From NCBI GenBank assembly GCA_963664405.1, contig OY761158.1:4608001-4672000 (forward strand): DNA of 64,000 nucleotides, in the 5' to 3' direction. Positions within the stretch are counted from its first letter, which is position 1. Each line of letters begins with the position of its first letter. Source of the stretch: Thermoanaerobaculia bacterium. Lineage in GTDB: Bacteria > Acidobacteriota > Thermoanaerobaculia > Multivoradales > Multivoraceae. Positions 29,833-38,980 of this stretch are shown here, piece after piece. The translations under genes were made by a program, and so were the position numbers. Under the pieces are notes generated by a model, which worked only from the letters and a program-made list of their open reading frames with translations, made no database searches and had not been told where the DNA came from.

Positions 29833-31361
29833 GCTTCCCCCTTGTTCCGATCCCCCAATGGTAACGGCTTTTGGAATCCGCCACATGCTAAAGTCGAGCT
29901 CCCGGAGGAGGTTCCATGCACAACTCGATGCCGGTTCTTGCAGTGCTTGCTTTGTTGTTGCCCGCGGCGTCGATGACGGCGGAAGCCGAGGACGGCGAGG
30001 TCACTTTCAGCAGGGATGTCGCGCCTGTTTTCTTCCAGCACTGCGTCGGCTGTCATCGCCCGGGCGAAGTGGCTCCGATGTCGCTGCTCTCCTACCAGGA
30101 GGCACGTCCCTGGGCGAAGTCAATCCGGAAGATGGTGCAGCAGCGGCTGATGCCGCCATGGGGCACAGACCCCCATATCGGCTCTTGGGCCAACGATATG
30201 TCCCTTTCGGACGATCAGATCTCGACCGTCGTCGCCTGGGTCGAGCAGGGCGCGGCGGAGGGCGAAGCCGTAGATCTGCCGGAGGCTCCTGTGTTCACTG
30301 AGGGCTGGCAGCTCGGTGAGCCGGATCTGGTGATCGAGCTCGACCCGGTCGAGGTTTGGGCCGACGGAGAAGATCTCTTTCCCGAGCAATGGGTGGATGT
30401 CGGTCTCGAAGAGACGAAGTGGGTGCGCGCCATGGAGTTCCTGCCCGGAGACAGGCGGGTGACCCATCACTTTCTTTCCACTTACAGCACCGGTAGAGCC
30501 TCGGCGACCGGCAGTGGCAAGGAATTCGACAGTGGCGCCGGCCGCGGTGGCAGCGGCATTTTCGGAGTGTGGACCGCGGGCATGCAGCCCTACGTCTTCC
30601 CGGCCGGGATGGGTCGCCTGATCGGCCCAGGCACTCGGATTCTGATGAACAGTCACTACCATCCCATTGGCGAGGACACTGTCGATCGCACTCGGATCGG
30701 GCTCCACTTCGGCAAGGGAGAGCTACAGAAAGAAGTGTCGACCCTGGCGGTGGTGAATACCGGCCTTCGCATTCCGCCAGGCGACCCGGATTACGGTGTC
30801 ATCGGCTTCCACGTCTTCGACAACGACAGTCGTCTGATCGCCTTCAGCCCCCATCTTCACGTGCGCGGCAAAGCGATGAAGTACGAGCTGATCGAGCCTG
30901 ACGGAGAGCGCCGGACCCTTCTCGACGTTCCTCGCTACAACTACAACTATCAGTGGCTCTACTACCCGACCGAGCCCATCGCGGTTCCGGCGGGCTCCAA
31001 GCTCGAGGTCACCGCGCGGTGGGACAACTCCGCGGAGAATGCGTCAAACCCGGATCCGAGCGCCGAGATCGTCTATCGCGGCGACACTTTCAACGAGATG
31101 TTTGTCGGATTTTTCGAGGCCTACGAAGACGAGGGTGTGTACGCTAATCCGCTGCCGGCGGTGCGCAAGCTCACTCAGCTGCTCGCCGAGCATCCGGCGA
31201 CAGACTCGTACCTGGTCCCAGGCATGCTTCCACTCGGTCTCTATATCCCGCGCCAGGGACAGGGATGGGTGTACACGGGGCGGATTCAACTGGTCGTCGC
31301 AACATCTCGTGATGGAGGTGTTTCGATGGGAGTTGGCAAGTGTCAGGGTGCGATTCGAGCG

Positions 31362-32723
31362 ATGCGTGGCCAGATGCGGTCACCTGGCCGGCCCTCGACA
31401 GCGCGGCGCGAGGACCGGATCCGGTTCTGGGAGACGATCGCTCGTGGGGCGTCCAGCGAGGACGCCGCAACAGAGGCTGGGGTGTCGCCGGCTGTCGGGT
31501 CGAGATGGTTCAGGCAAGCTGGTGGAATGCGACCTATCTCGTTGGCTCCGGTGTCGGGGCGTTATCTGTCGTTCGCCGAGCGTGAAGAGATCGCCATCCT
31601 TCACGCTCAGCATGTTGGGGTACGTGAGATCGCTCGCCGCCTGGGTCGTTCACCGTCGACGATTTCGCGGGAGCTGCGCCGCAACGCGGCGACTCGCAGC
31701 CGTGCCGTAACTTATCGGGCCACGACTGCGCAGTGGCACGCGGAGCGGCGCGCCAGCCGTCCGAAGGTCTCCAAGCTTGCCGCGAACGATGCCTTGCGTG
31801 AGTACGTGCAGAACCGCCTCGCCGGCGTGATCGCAAGGCCTGACGGGGAGCTGGTGCCGGGTCCGGATGTGCGTTGGATCGGCCGTCGGCACGGCCGTCG
31901 CCAGGATCGGCGTTGGGCGAAATCCTGGAGTCCGGAGCAGATCTCGAACCGGCTTCGGATTGATTTCCCCCATAATGAGTCGATGCGGATCTCTCACGAG
32001 GCGATCTACCAAGCGCTCTACATCCAAGGTCGAGGAGCCCTCAAACGCGAGCTCGTCGCGTGCCTGCGAACCGGGCGAGCGCTACGAGTGCCGCATGCGC
32101 GAACCCGGGGGAGAGGCAAGAAATTTGTAACTCCGGAGATCATGATCAGCGAACGCCCCGCCGAAGCCGCCGACAGGGCCGTGCCGGGTCACTGGGAAGG
32201 CGACCTGATCGTCGGGCTCGAGAGCTCAGCGATCGGGACCCTCGTCGAACGCACTACGCGGTTCACGATGCTGCTGCACCTGCCCCGCATGGAAGGGCAC
32301 GGGACCGAATCGAGGGTGAAGAACGGGCCGGCCCTCGCCGGGCACGGCGCCGAAGCCGTCCGTGACGCGATCGCGGTGTCAATCACCACGCTGCCCGAGC
32401 AGCTCCGCCGGTCCTTGACCTGGGACCAGGGCGCCGAGATGGCTCAACACGCTCAACTCCGCGTCGATACCGGCCTCGCGATCTACTTCTGCGACCCGCA
32501 CAGCCCCTGGCAGCGGGGCACCAACGAGAACACCAACGGACTACTACGCCAGTACTTCCCGAAGGGCACCGACCTTGTCAGATACTCCTGCGACGACCTC
32601 GCCGCGGTCGCGCTCGCACTCAACGGCCGACCCCGCAAGACCCTCGGCTGGAGAACCCCTGCCGAAGTCTTCGATGAGCTTGTACACTCTGCTCACCAAG
32701 GCAACGCTGCGACGACTCCTTGA
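31362..32723 (+). CDS. IS30-family transposase (start uncertain)
   Basis: ISRELRRN, WSPEQI, SHEAIY, GHWEGDL, TWDQGAEM, WQRGTNENTNGLLRQYFPKG. Confidence 0.95.
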   Translation: MRGQMRSPGRPSTARREDRIRFWETIARGASSEDAATEAGVSPAVGSRWFRQAGGMRPISLAPVSGRYLSFAEREEIAILHAQHVGVREIARRLGRSPSTISRELRRNAATRSRAVTYRATTAQWHAERRASRPKVSKLAANDALREYVQNRLAGVIARPDGELVPGPDVRWIGRRHGRRQDRRWAKSWSPEQISNRLRIDFPHNESMRISHEAIYQALYIQGRGALKRELVACLRTGRALRVPHARTRGRGKKFVTPEIMISERPAEAADRAVPGHWEGDLIVGLESSAIGTLVERTTRFTMLLHLPRMEGHGTESRVKNGPALAGHGAEAVRDAIAVSITTLPEQLRRSLTWDQGAEMAQHAQLRVDTGLAIYFCDPHSPWQRGTNENTNGLLRQYFPKGTDLVRYSCDDLAAVALALNGRPRKTLGWRTPAEVFDELVHSAHQGNAATTP

Positions 32724-32730
32724 ACCCAAG

Positions 32731-33144
32731 CAGTACGCCTCGAAGGCTTACCAGGATCGGCTGGCTGAGCTGCGGTTTCGCTGCAGCATGTCCGGCGTCG
32801 GAAATTGTTATGACAATGCGGTCTTGGAGAGCTTCTTCGACAGTCTCAAGACCGAGGTCTGGGACCGACCCTTCGAGACTCGTCAGCGAGCTCACGACGA
32901 AGCGGTTTCTTACCTCGAAGTGTTCTACAACCTGAGACGCCAGCATTCGACGCTCGGATTCCTGAGCCCCGAGGCCTTCGAAGGGGCAGCGTGAACTCAC
33001 GCGCGACCGGCGGTCGGATCCGAAGGGAGGCTGCGCTCCCCGAACCTCGCACAGCCTCGTCCGAAGCTGACTACCCGAACTGATGCAGAATAGGAACTGC
33101 CCCGATGGGGCTTAACTTGGTGTCCACGAAACCGTGACCGCTCA
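32731..33144 (+). pseudogene. IS3-family transposase C-terminal fragment plus IS3 right end
   Basis: QYASKAY...SMSGVGNCYDNAVLESFFDSLKTE...YNLRRQHSTLGFLSP (stop 32994); end GTGTCCACGAAACCGTGACCGCTCA. Confidence 0.88.
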
Positions 33145-33553
33145 GAACCCCTGCCGAAGTCTTCGATGAGTTTGTACACTCTGCTCACCAAGGCAACGTT
33201 GCGACGACCCCTTGAACCCAAGCGGTGAGCGGCAACAGTATGATCACGATCTCGCTCGACGACATCCGTTGGCAGGGCGCCAGTGTGGAGGTGCACACCA
33301 CCTTCCCGACCCCCAGCGCAGACGGCATAGCGACCCTCATCGAGGGCACGGTCGACGACGAGGGAAAGCTGGTCGGCAAGATTCACTACGGCGACGAGGA
33401 GGCCAAAGCGAAGGGCAAACAGACCCTGCTCCTCCCCTTTGTCGGCAAGCCCATCGAGCCTTCGTCGGCGACGCCCACCGCGTCGAGCGGTCTCTGAGCT
33501 CCTTTTGGCTTAGCGTTAGGCCTGGGCTAGCAACACGAGCGGTCTAGGGGAGG

Positions 33554-34570
33554 ATGAGTGCGATGAAGGCCAGTGTAATCGTGGGATCCGGCAGCGACGC
33601 GAAGCTCGAGCTCGGCGACGCACCCGATCCGAGTCCGGGGCCCTATGAAGTCCTGATCGAGATCGCGGCGAGCGCCGTCAACCGAGCAGATCTTCTCCAA
33701 CGTCGCGGTCATTATCCGCCACCTCCTGGTGCCTCGCCGATCTTGGGCCTCGAGTGCTCCGGCACCATCCTCGAGGTGGGCGAGGGCGTAGAAGGATGGG
33801 AGCCGGGGGCCCGGGTGTGTGCTCTTCTGCCGGGCGGAGGCTATGCCGAGCTCGCCACCGTCGATGCCGGCTCGCTGATCCCGGTGCCGGAGCATCTCTC
33901 GCTCACCGAAGCGGCCGGCGTTCCCGAGGTTTTTCTCACCTGCTCCTTGAACCTATTCCAGCTCGGAGACGCCTCCAAGGGGGGCTGGGCTCTCGTCCAC
34001 GGCGGCGGCAGTGGCATCGGCACTGCCGCAATCCAGCTCCTGAGGCAGTCAGGCATTCGAACCATCGTCACTGCCGGCAGTGACGAGAAGTGCGCTCGCT
34101 GTCTCGAGCTCGGCGCCGATGTCGCGATCAACTATCGGGCCGGGGACTTCGCTCCGGTGGTCGACGAGGCGACCGGAGGAGAGGGCGTCGACGTGGTTCT
34201 GGATTCGATCGGCGCTCCCTACCTTGCTCAGCATCTCGCCTGCCTGGCGATGGGCGGGCGCTTGGTGCTGATCGGTCTCATGGGTGGTGCGCGTGTCGAG
34301 ATCGATCTCGGCCTGGTCCTGCGTAAGCGACTCACGGTAATCGGCTCGACTCTGCGCGCTCGACCGGTGGCCGAGAAGGCCGGCATCGTCAGCTTCTTTC
34401 TCGATCGCTTCGGGTCTGCGCTCGACAGCAACGAGCTGCGCCCGGTGATCCACCAGGTGCTTCCGCTGGCGCAGGCGCAGCAGGCGCATGAGATCCTCGA
34501 AGCGAGCACCCACTTCGGCAAGGTGGTGCTCGATGTCGTCGGTGGGGACACCGGGGCTGCCGGTGCCTGA
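33554..34570 (+). CDS. NAD(P)H-quinone oxidoreductase (PIG3/zeta-crystallin family)
   Basis: VNRADLLQR, GLECSG, HGGGSGIGT, GSTLRAR, GKVVL. Confidence 0.92.
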   Translation: MSAMKASVIVGSGSDAKLELGDAPDPSPGPYEVLIEIAASAVNRADLLQRRGHYPPPPGASPILGLECSGTILEVGEGVEGWEPGARVCALLPGGGYAELATVDAGSLIPVPEHLSLTEAAGVPEVFLTCSLNLFQLGDASKGGWALVHGGGSGIGTAAIQLLRQSGIRTIVTAGSDEKCARCLELGADVAINYRAGDFAPVVDEATGGEGVDVVLDSIGAPYLAQHLACLAMGGRLVLIGLMGGARVEIDLGLVLRKRLTVIGSTLRARPVAEKAGIVSFFLDRFGSALDSNELRPVIHQVLPLAQAQQAHEILEASTHFGKVVLDVVGGDTGAAGA

Positions 34571-35957
34571 CACCGCCCCCGACCCATATACCGTACGCCA
34601 CGGCGAGGCCCACGCGCCGCCGCCGACGCTCCGGGACCGGCTGAAATACCTCGGGCCGAGTCTCATCGTCACCGGCGCGGTCATCGGAACGGGCGAGCTC
34701 GTCCTCACCACCAGCCTGGGTGCGGTGGCCGGCTGGACGCTGCTGTGGTGGATCTTGCTCTCCTGCTGGTGCAAGTCGCTGGTACAGGCGGAGCTCGCCC
34801 GCTACACGATCGTCTCCGGCGACACCTATATGCGCGCCATGAACCGGATCCCGGGCCGCATCGGCCCAGTCTCGTGGACCGTCTGGGTCGCGCTCCTCGC
34901 TTACCTCCCAGGGATCATGGGCATGGGCGGCATTATCGGCGCTGCCGGCGAGTCCTTGACCTTTCTGGCCTCTTTGGCCAGCGTCTCGATCAACCCCAAG
35001 CTGGCGACAGGAATCATCGCCGTTGTCTGCTCTCTCATCCTCAGCTCCGGTTCCTACAAGTGGCTCGAGCGGCTGATGCTGGTGCTCGTGGTCACTTTCA
35101 CGCTGACCACCTTGATCTGCTCGATCGCGATGCAGTTCACCGAGTACCGCGCCGTTCCGGCGGAGGTGATCGGAGGGCTGGCACCCGACTGGGGGTTATT
35201 CGTCGCCTTTGCGTCCCTCGCCCTCGCCGCCTACGGTTATACCGGTACGACCTCGGGAGACATAACCGCCTACACCTACTGGTGCATCGAGAAGGGATAC
35301 CCGAGTTTTCTGGGCTCGGACCGCAGCGATCCAGACTGGGAGTTGCACGCACGCGGCTGGATGAGAGTTCTCTACACCGACGTTCTGCTCGCACTGGTGG
35401 TCGTCACCTGCGCGACCATCCCGTACTACGTCCTCGGCGCCGGCGTCCTCAACAAGATGGGGCTGGAGCCCGAGGGCAGCGACGAGACGATCTCGGTCCT
35501 GTCGAACATCTTTACCCAGACCCTGGGGGGATGGGCCGTCTGGGTGTTCAGCATCGGCGCGGTCTTCATTCTCTTCTCGACCGTGCTTTCGGGCATCGGC
35601 GCCGGTGGCCGTTCCATCCCGGACTACCTGATCGAGCTCAAGGTCTTTGACCGCTCGCGTATCAGCACTCGCCTCGCGGTCACTCGCTGGTATGTCGCGA
35701 TCCTTCCCATCGTCGCCTTTCTCATCTACGTCTTCAGCCCGGGATTCGTGTTCTTGATCAAGGTCGGCGGGCTGACTTCGGCGATCAAGCTGCCGATCCA
35801 ATCGGGCGCCACTCTCTGGCTGCAGTCGCGAAACATGGATCCGCGCATTCGTCCACGCAAGCCGGCCTACCTGGGCCTTTGGGCGATCTTCTTCTTCCAG
35901 GTCCTGATGGCGCTCTGCGTGCTCTGGTTCGTGGTTCTTGGGCAGGGAGGTTCCTGA
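34563..35957 (+). CDS. Nramp-superfamily transporter
   Basis: LGPSLIVTGAVIGTGEL, YWCIEKGY, about 11 TM segments. Confidence 0.8.
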   Translation: MPDTAPDPYTVRHGEAHAPPPTLRDRLKYLGPSLIVTGAVIGTGELVLTTSLGAVAGWTLLWWILLSCWCKSLVQAELARYTIVSGDTYMRAMNRIPGRIGPVSWTVWVALLAYLPGIMGMGGIIGAAGESLTFLASLASVSINPKLATGIIAVVCSLILSSGSYKWLERLMLVLVVTFTLTTLICSIAMQFTEYRAVPAEVIGGLAPDWGLFVAFASLALAAYGYTGTTSGDITAYTYWCIEKGYPSFLGSDRSDPDWELHARGWMRVLYTDVLLALVVVTCATIPYYVLGAGVLNKMGLEPEGSDETISVLSNIFTQTLGGWAVWVFSIGAVFILFSTVLSGIGAGGRSIPDYLIELKVFDRSRISTRLAVTRWYVAILPIVAFLIYVFSPGFVFLIKVGGLTSAIKLPIQSGATLWLQSRNMDPRIRPRKPAYLGLWAIFFFQVLMALCVLWFVVLGQGGS

Positions 35958-35959
35958 GG

Positions 35960-38392
35960 CTAGTCGGCCCGCAGCACCTCGACCGGAGCCGTTCTGGTTG
36001 CCCGCCGCGCCGGAATCAGAGCGGCAGCCAGGGCCACCAGAAGAAGAACAAGGCCGACGGCGACGTAGGTCGGAGCGTCGAGCGGGGCGACGCCGTACAG
36101 CAGGCTGCTCATCAGCCGCGTGAGAGCCATCGAGCCCAGAGCGCCGAGGCCCAGGCCGACGAGAGCCATGGCGCCGCCTTCGCGAAGAACCATGCCAAGC
36201 AGCCGCCCCGGCGCGGCGCCAAGCGCCGCGCGGATGCCGAGCTCTCGGCGTCGCGCACTGACCGTGAAGGCAAGCACGGCGCCGACACCGACCGCCGCGA
36301 TCGCCAAGGCCAAACCGCCGAAGATGAGAAAGAGGATGGCGTTGAGTCGCTGTGGCGCGAGGCTCTCGGAGCGCAGCTCGGCGAGCGTGCTGACGTGCTC
36401 GAGCGGGCGCTCCGGGTCGAGAGCACGTAGCGTCTCGAGGACCTGCGACTCAATCGGCCTCGGGTCGCCTTCCGTGCGTACCAGGACGGTCTGACCGGGG
36501 AACGACTGAGCCTCCGGAAGGTAGAGGACGTGCTGTCCGATGGTGTCGACCGAGGTCATGCGCGCGTCGGCGACGACACCGATCAGAGTCGCCTCACTGG
36601 GTCGGAAGCCTCCAAAGCTGTAGCGGATGCGCTTGCCGACCCCCGCTGCGTCGCCGAAGTAGTAACGTGCGGCTGATTCGTTGATAATCGCGACCGCCGA
36701 CGCCTGACGGTCGTCAGCGTCACTGAAGGCGCGGCCATGGAGCACCTGGACCCCCAGGGTCTCGAAGTAACCGGGGGTCACGGTGTCGAAGAGCGCAGGC
36801 ACACTCGACTGCGGGTCGGCCGCCACTCCCTCGACGTCGATCGTCACCGGCACGCGCTGGGCGTCGACGAGGGGGGCCGATTGGGTCAGCGCCACCGACT
36901 CGACGCTGGCGATCTTGCCGATGTTGGTGATGGCTTCCCGTGAGAAGCGCCTCTCGACCTCGCTGCCGAAGTCGCCCGAGCTCGGTGTCTCGATGCTAAG
37001 CACCCTCTCGAGCTCGTAGCCCGGATCGATGGCGTGGAGGTTCCACAATGTCCTCACCAGGAGCCCGGCGCCGACGAGGAGAACGAAGGAGATCGCGAGC
37101 TGGCCCGTGACCAGGGTCCGCTGGAGCGTCTTGCGGGCACCGGTGACTGTGGAACGGCCAGCTCCGGCCGCCAGCGCCGCTCCCAGCCGCCGCTCCGGCA
37201 CCAGACCCGGAAGCATGGAGAACGCGACCGCGGTCGCAACGGCGACCGCCAGGGTGAAAAGGAGCACGCCTCCGTCGATGGCGATCTCGCCGGTGCGGTT
37301 GGTGAAGCGCGAGGTGTAGGCCCGCAGAGCGTCGAGCAGGCCGAAGGCGAGCAGCAGCCCGAAGACCGCCCCACCGAGCGCCAGCACCAGACTTTCGGCG
37401 AAGAGCTGAAAGCGCAGCTGACCGGTGCCCGCGCCGAGCGCCGAGCGCACCGCGAGCTCGCGCTCTCGCCGCAGAGTACGGGCCAGGGTCAGATTGGCGA
37501 CGTTTGCACAGGCGATCAACAGCACGAAAGCCGCGGCGCCAAGCAGCAGGAACAGCGACGGCCGCGCCAAGGCGACGAGCTCGTCTTTCCAGGGCGTCAC
37601 CTCCACCTCGAAGCCAAGGTTGTCGGGATAGTCGTCGGGGTAGCTCTCTTTGAAGAGAGTGAGGGCGTGGTTGAGCTCGCTGCGGGCCTCCTCGATCGTC
37701 GCCCCTGGTGCCAATCGCGCGAAGACGTCGGTCATGCGGTGCGATCGGTCGTCCTCCATGGTCGCGCTCGAGTAGTGGTCGTTGGTCGTGTAGTTGGTGT
37801 AGAAGTCCTGCCGCCTCTGGGTGGCGTAGTGGGCTCCAGGCTGGAGCACGCCGACGATGGTCGCCACTTTGGCGGCCAGATCGAGCTTCTGACCGACGAT
37901 CTCGGGATCGCCGCCGAGAGCTCGTTGCCAATACTCGTGAGTGAGCACCGCCACCGGTGCCGCGCCCTTGCCGCGATCCTCCGGCTGCAGCACTCTGCCG
38001 AGATGCGGACGCATGCCGAGTACCTCGAAGAAGTTGGCGGTCACCAGTCCGGCGATGGCGCGATGAGGCTCGCCACGGTCGACGACATTGAAGGTCCAGT
38101 CACCGAACTCCACGATCTGGTCGAGCGAGCCGACCTGCTCGCGATAGTCGGCGACCTCGGGGAAAGAGAAGTTCATGTTCTCGATCCCCGCGCGCTTGGC
38201 GGCGTTCTCGAGATAAACGATACGATCGGCCTCAGGATAGGGAAGCGGCCGCAGCAGGACACCGTAGACCACGCTGAAGATGGCGGTATTGGCGCCGATG
38301 CCGAGCCCCAGGGTCAGCACGAAGGCGAGGGTGAAGGTGGGCTCGCGGACGAACGATCGCAGAGCAAACTTGAGGGAGCGCAACAGATCCAT
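35960..38392 (-). CDS. Acidobacterial duplicated orphan ABC permease (MacB/FtsX type)
   Basis: LGIGANTAIFSVV, LLIACANVANL, RERELAVRSALGA and RRRELGIRAALGA. Confidence 0.92.
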   Translation of the reverse strand: MDLLRSLKFALRSFVREPTFTLAFVLTLGLGIGANTAIFSVVYGVLLRPLPYPEADRIVYLENAAKRAGIENMNFSFPEVADYREQVGSLDQIVEFGDWTFNVVDRGEPHRAIAGLVTANFFEVLGMRPHLGRVLQPEDRGKGAAPVAVLTHEYWQRALGGDPEIVGQKLDLAAKVATIVGVLQPGAHYATQRRQDFYTNYTTNDHYSSATMEDDRSHRMTDVFARLAPGATIEEARSELNHALTLFKESYPDDYPDNLGFEVEVTPWKDELVALARPSLFLLLGAAAFVLLIACANVANLTLARTLRRERELAVRSALGAGTGQLRFQLFAESLVLALGGAVFGLLLAFGLLDALRAYTSRFTNRTGEIAIDGGVLLFTLAVAVATAVAFSMLPGLVPERRLGAALAAGAGRSTVTGARKTLQRTLVTGQLAISFVLLVGAGLLVRTLWNLHAIDPGYELERVLSIETPSSGDFGSEVERRFSREAITNIGKIASVESVALTQSAPLVDAQRVPVTIDVEGVAADPQSSVPALFDTVTPGYFETLGVQVLHGRAFSDADDRQASAVAIINESAARYYFGDAAGVGKRIRYSFGGFRPSEATLIGVVADARMTSVDTIGQHVLYLPEAQSFPGQTVLVRTEGDPRPIESQVLETLRALDPERPLEHVSTLAELRSESLAPQRLNAILFLIFGGLALAIAAVGVGAVLAFTVSARRRELGIRAALGAAPGRLLGMVLREGGAMALVGLGLGALGSMALTRLMSSLLYGVAPLDAPTYVAVGLVLLLVALAAALIPARRATRTAPVEVLRAD

Positions 38393-38568
38393 GGGCGCTG
38401 ATTCTACCTCCCAGCGGTGAGAGAGACCGTCGCGGGCGGATCGAAGTGCTGAAACGCTCTGAGCAGCGCTCCCTCGGCTCCGGTGAGTGACAGTCATTGG
38501 GGCTCCCCCGCCAGGCGCTTGCGTTTGGTTGGGCCCTGTTATGGTTCCTGATCAGGAGGAGGAGAGAG

Positions 38569-38976
38569 ATGGGGAGGAAATCGATGCGGCCCACACTGTT
38601 GCTGCTTGCGCTGTTGTTGCCCTGCGTGTCCTGCACGCCGCAGCCAGTCGACGAGGATGCTCAGTCCCTGCCGCCGGTCACACCACTACGGCCCTTGCTC
38701 GAGAATCCGGCCCGTCCGTGGAAGTCGGCTGCCTTCTCGGAGACGAAGCGCGAGGGCTATCACGGTCGCACACTGCGTACGATGCGTTACCGCTATACGG
38801 AATGGGAGCCGCTGACTGAGACCGACGGCGAGACCCAACGTGAGCTCTACGATCTCGACGAAGACCCCAACGAGCACGAGAATCTCGCGACCGAGCCGGC
38901 CTACCGTGCGATCGTCGACGAGCTCTCAGATCGCCTGCGCGTCGGCTGGCAAGGCGCCCTGCCAGAGAGGATCTGA
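38569..38976 (+). pseudogene. Sulfatase remnant: lipoprotein signal fused directly to the sulfatase C-terminal tail
   Basis: LRPLLENP..WKSAAFS, RTMRYRYTEW, ELYDLDEDPNEHENLA present; no CxPSR catalytic domain. Confidence 0.75.
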
Positions 38977-38980
38977 GCCG

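Larger units (their letters stand above)
31279..33222 (+). mobile_element. Composite IS30 element (IS30 + IS3 3' half + second IS30 right end), 3-bp TSD CGG
   Basis: Left end GGCGGATTCAACTGGTCGTCGCAAC; right ends finish at 32730 and 33222; CGG at 31276-31278 and 33223-33225. Confidence 0.88.
29916..33497 (+). pseudogene. Secreted cytochrome c/copper type II monooxygenase-like protein split by the IS30 composite (pieces 29916-31278 and 33226-33497)
   Basis: CVGCH heme motif, MPPW, HH, HYH, PHLHVRGK, EM; removing 31279-33225 restores GWVYTVSGNSMIT in frame. Confidence 0.85.

Noticed and set aside
29916-32723. 935-aa cytochrome c/monooxygenase-transposase fusion as a novel protein
   Set aside because: It results from an in-frame IS30 insertion; the host gene C-terminus resumes at 33226
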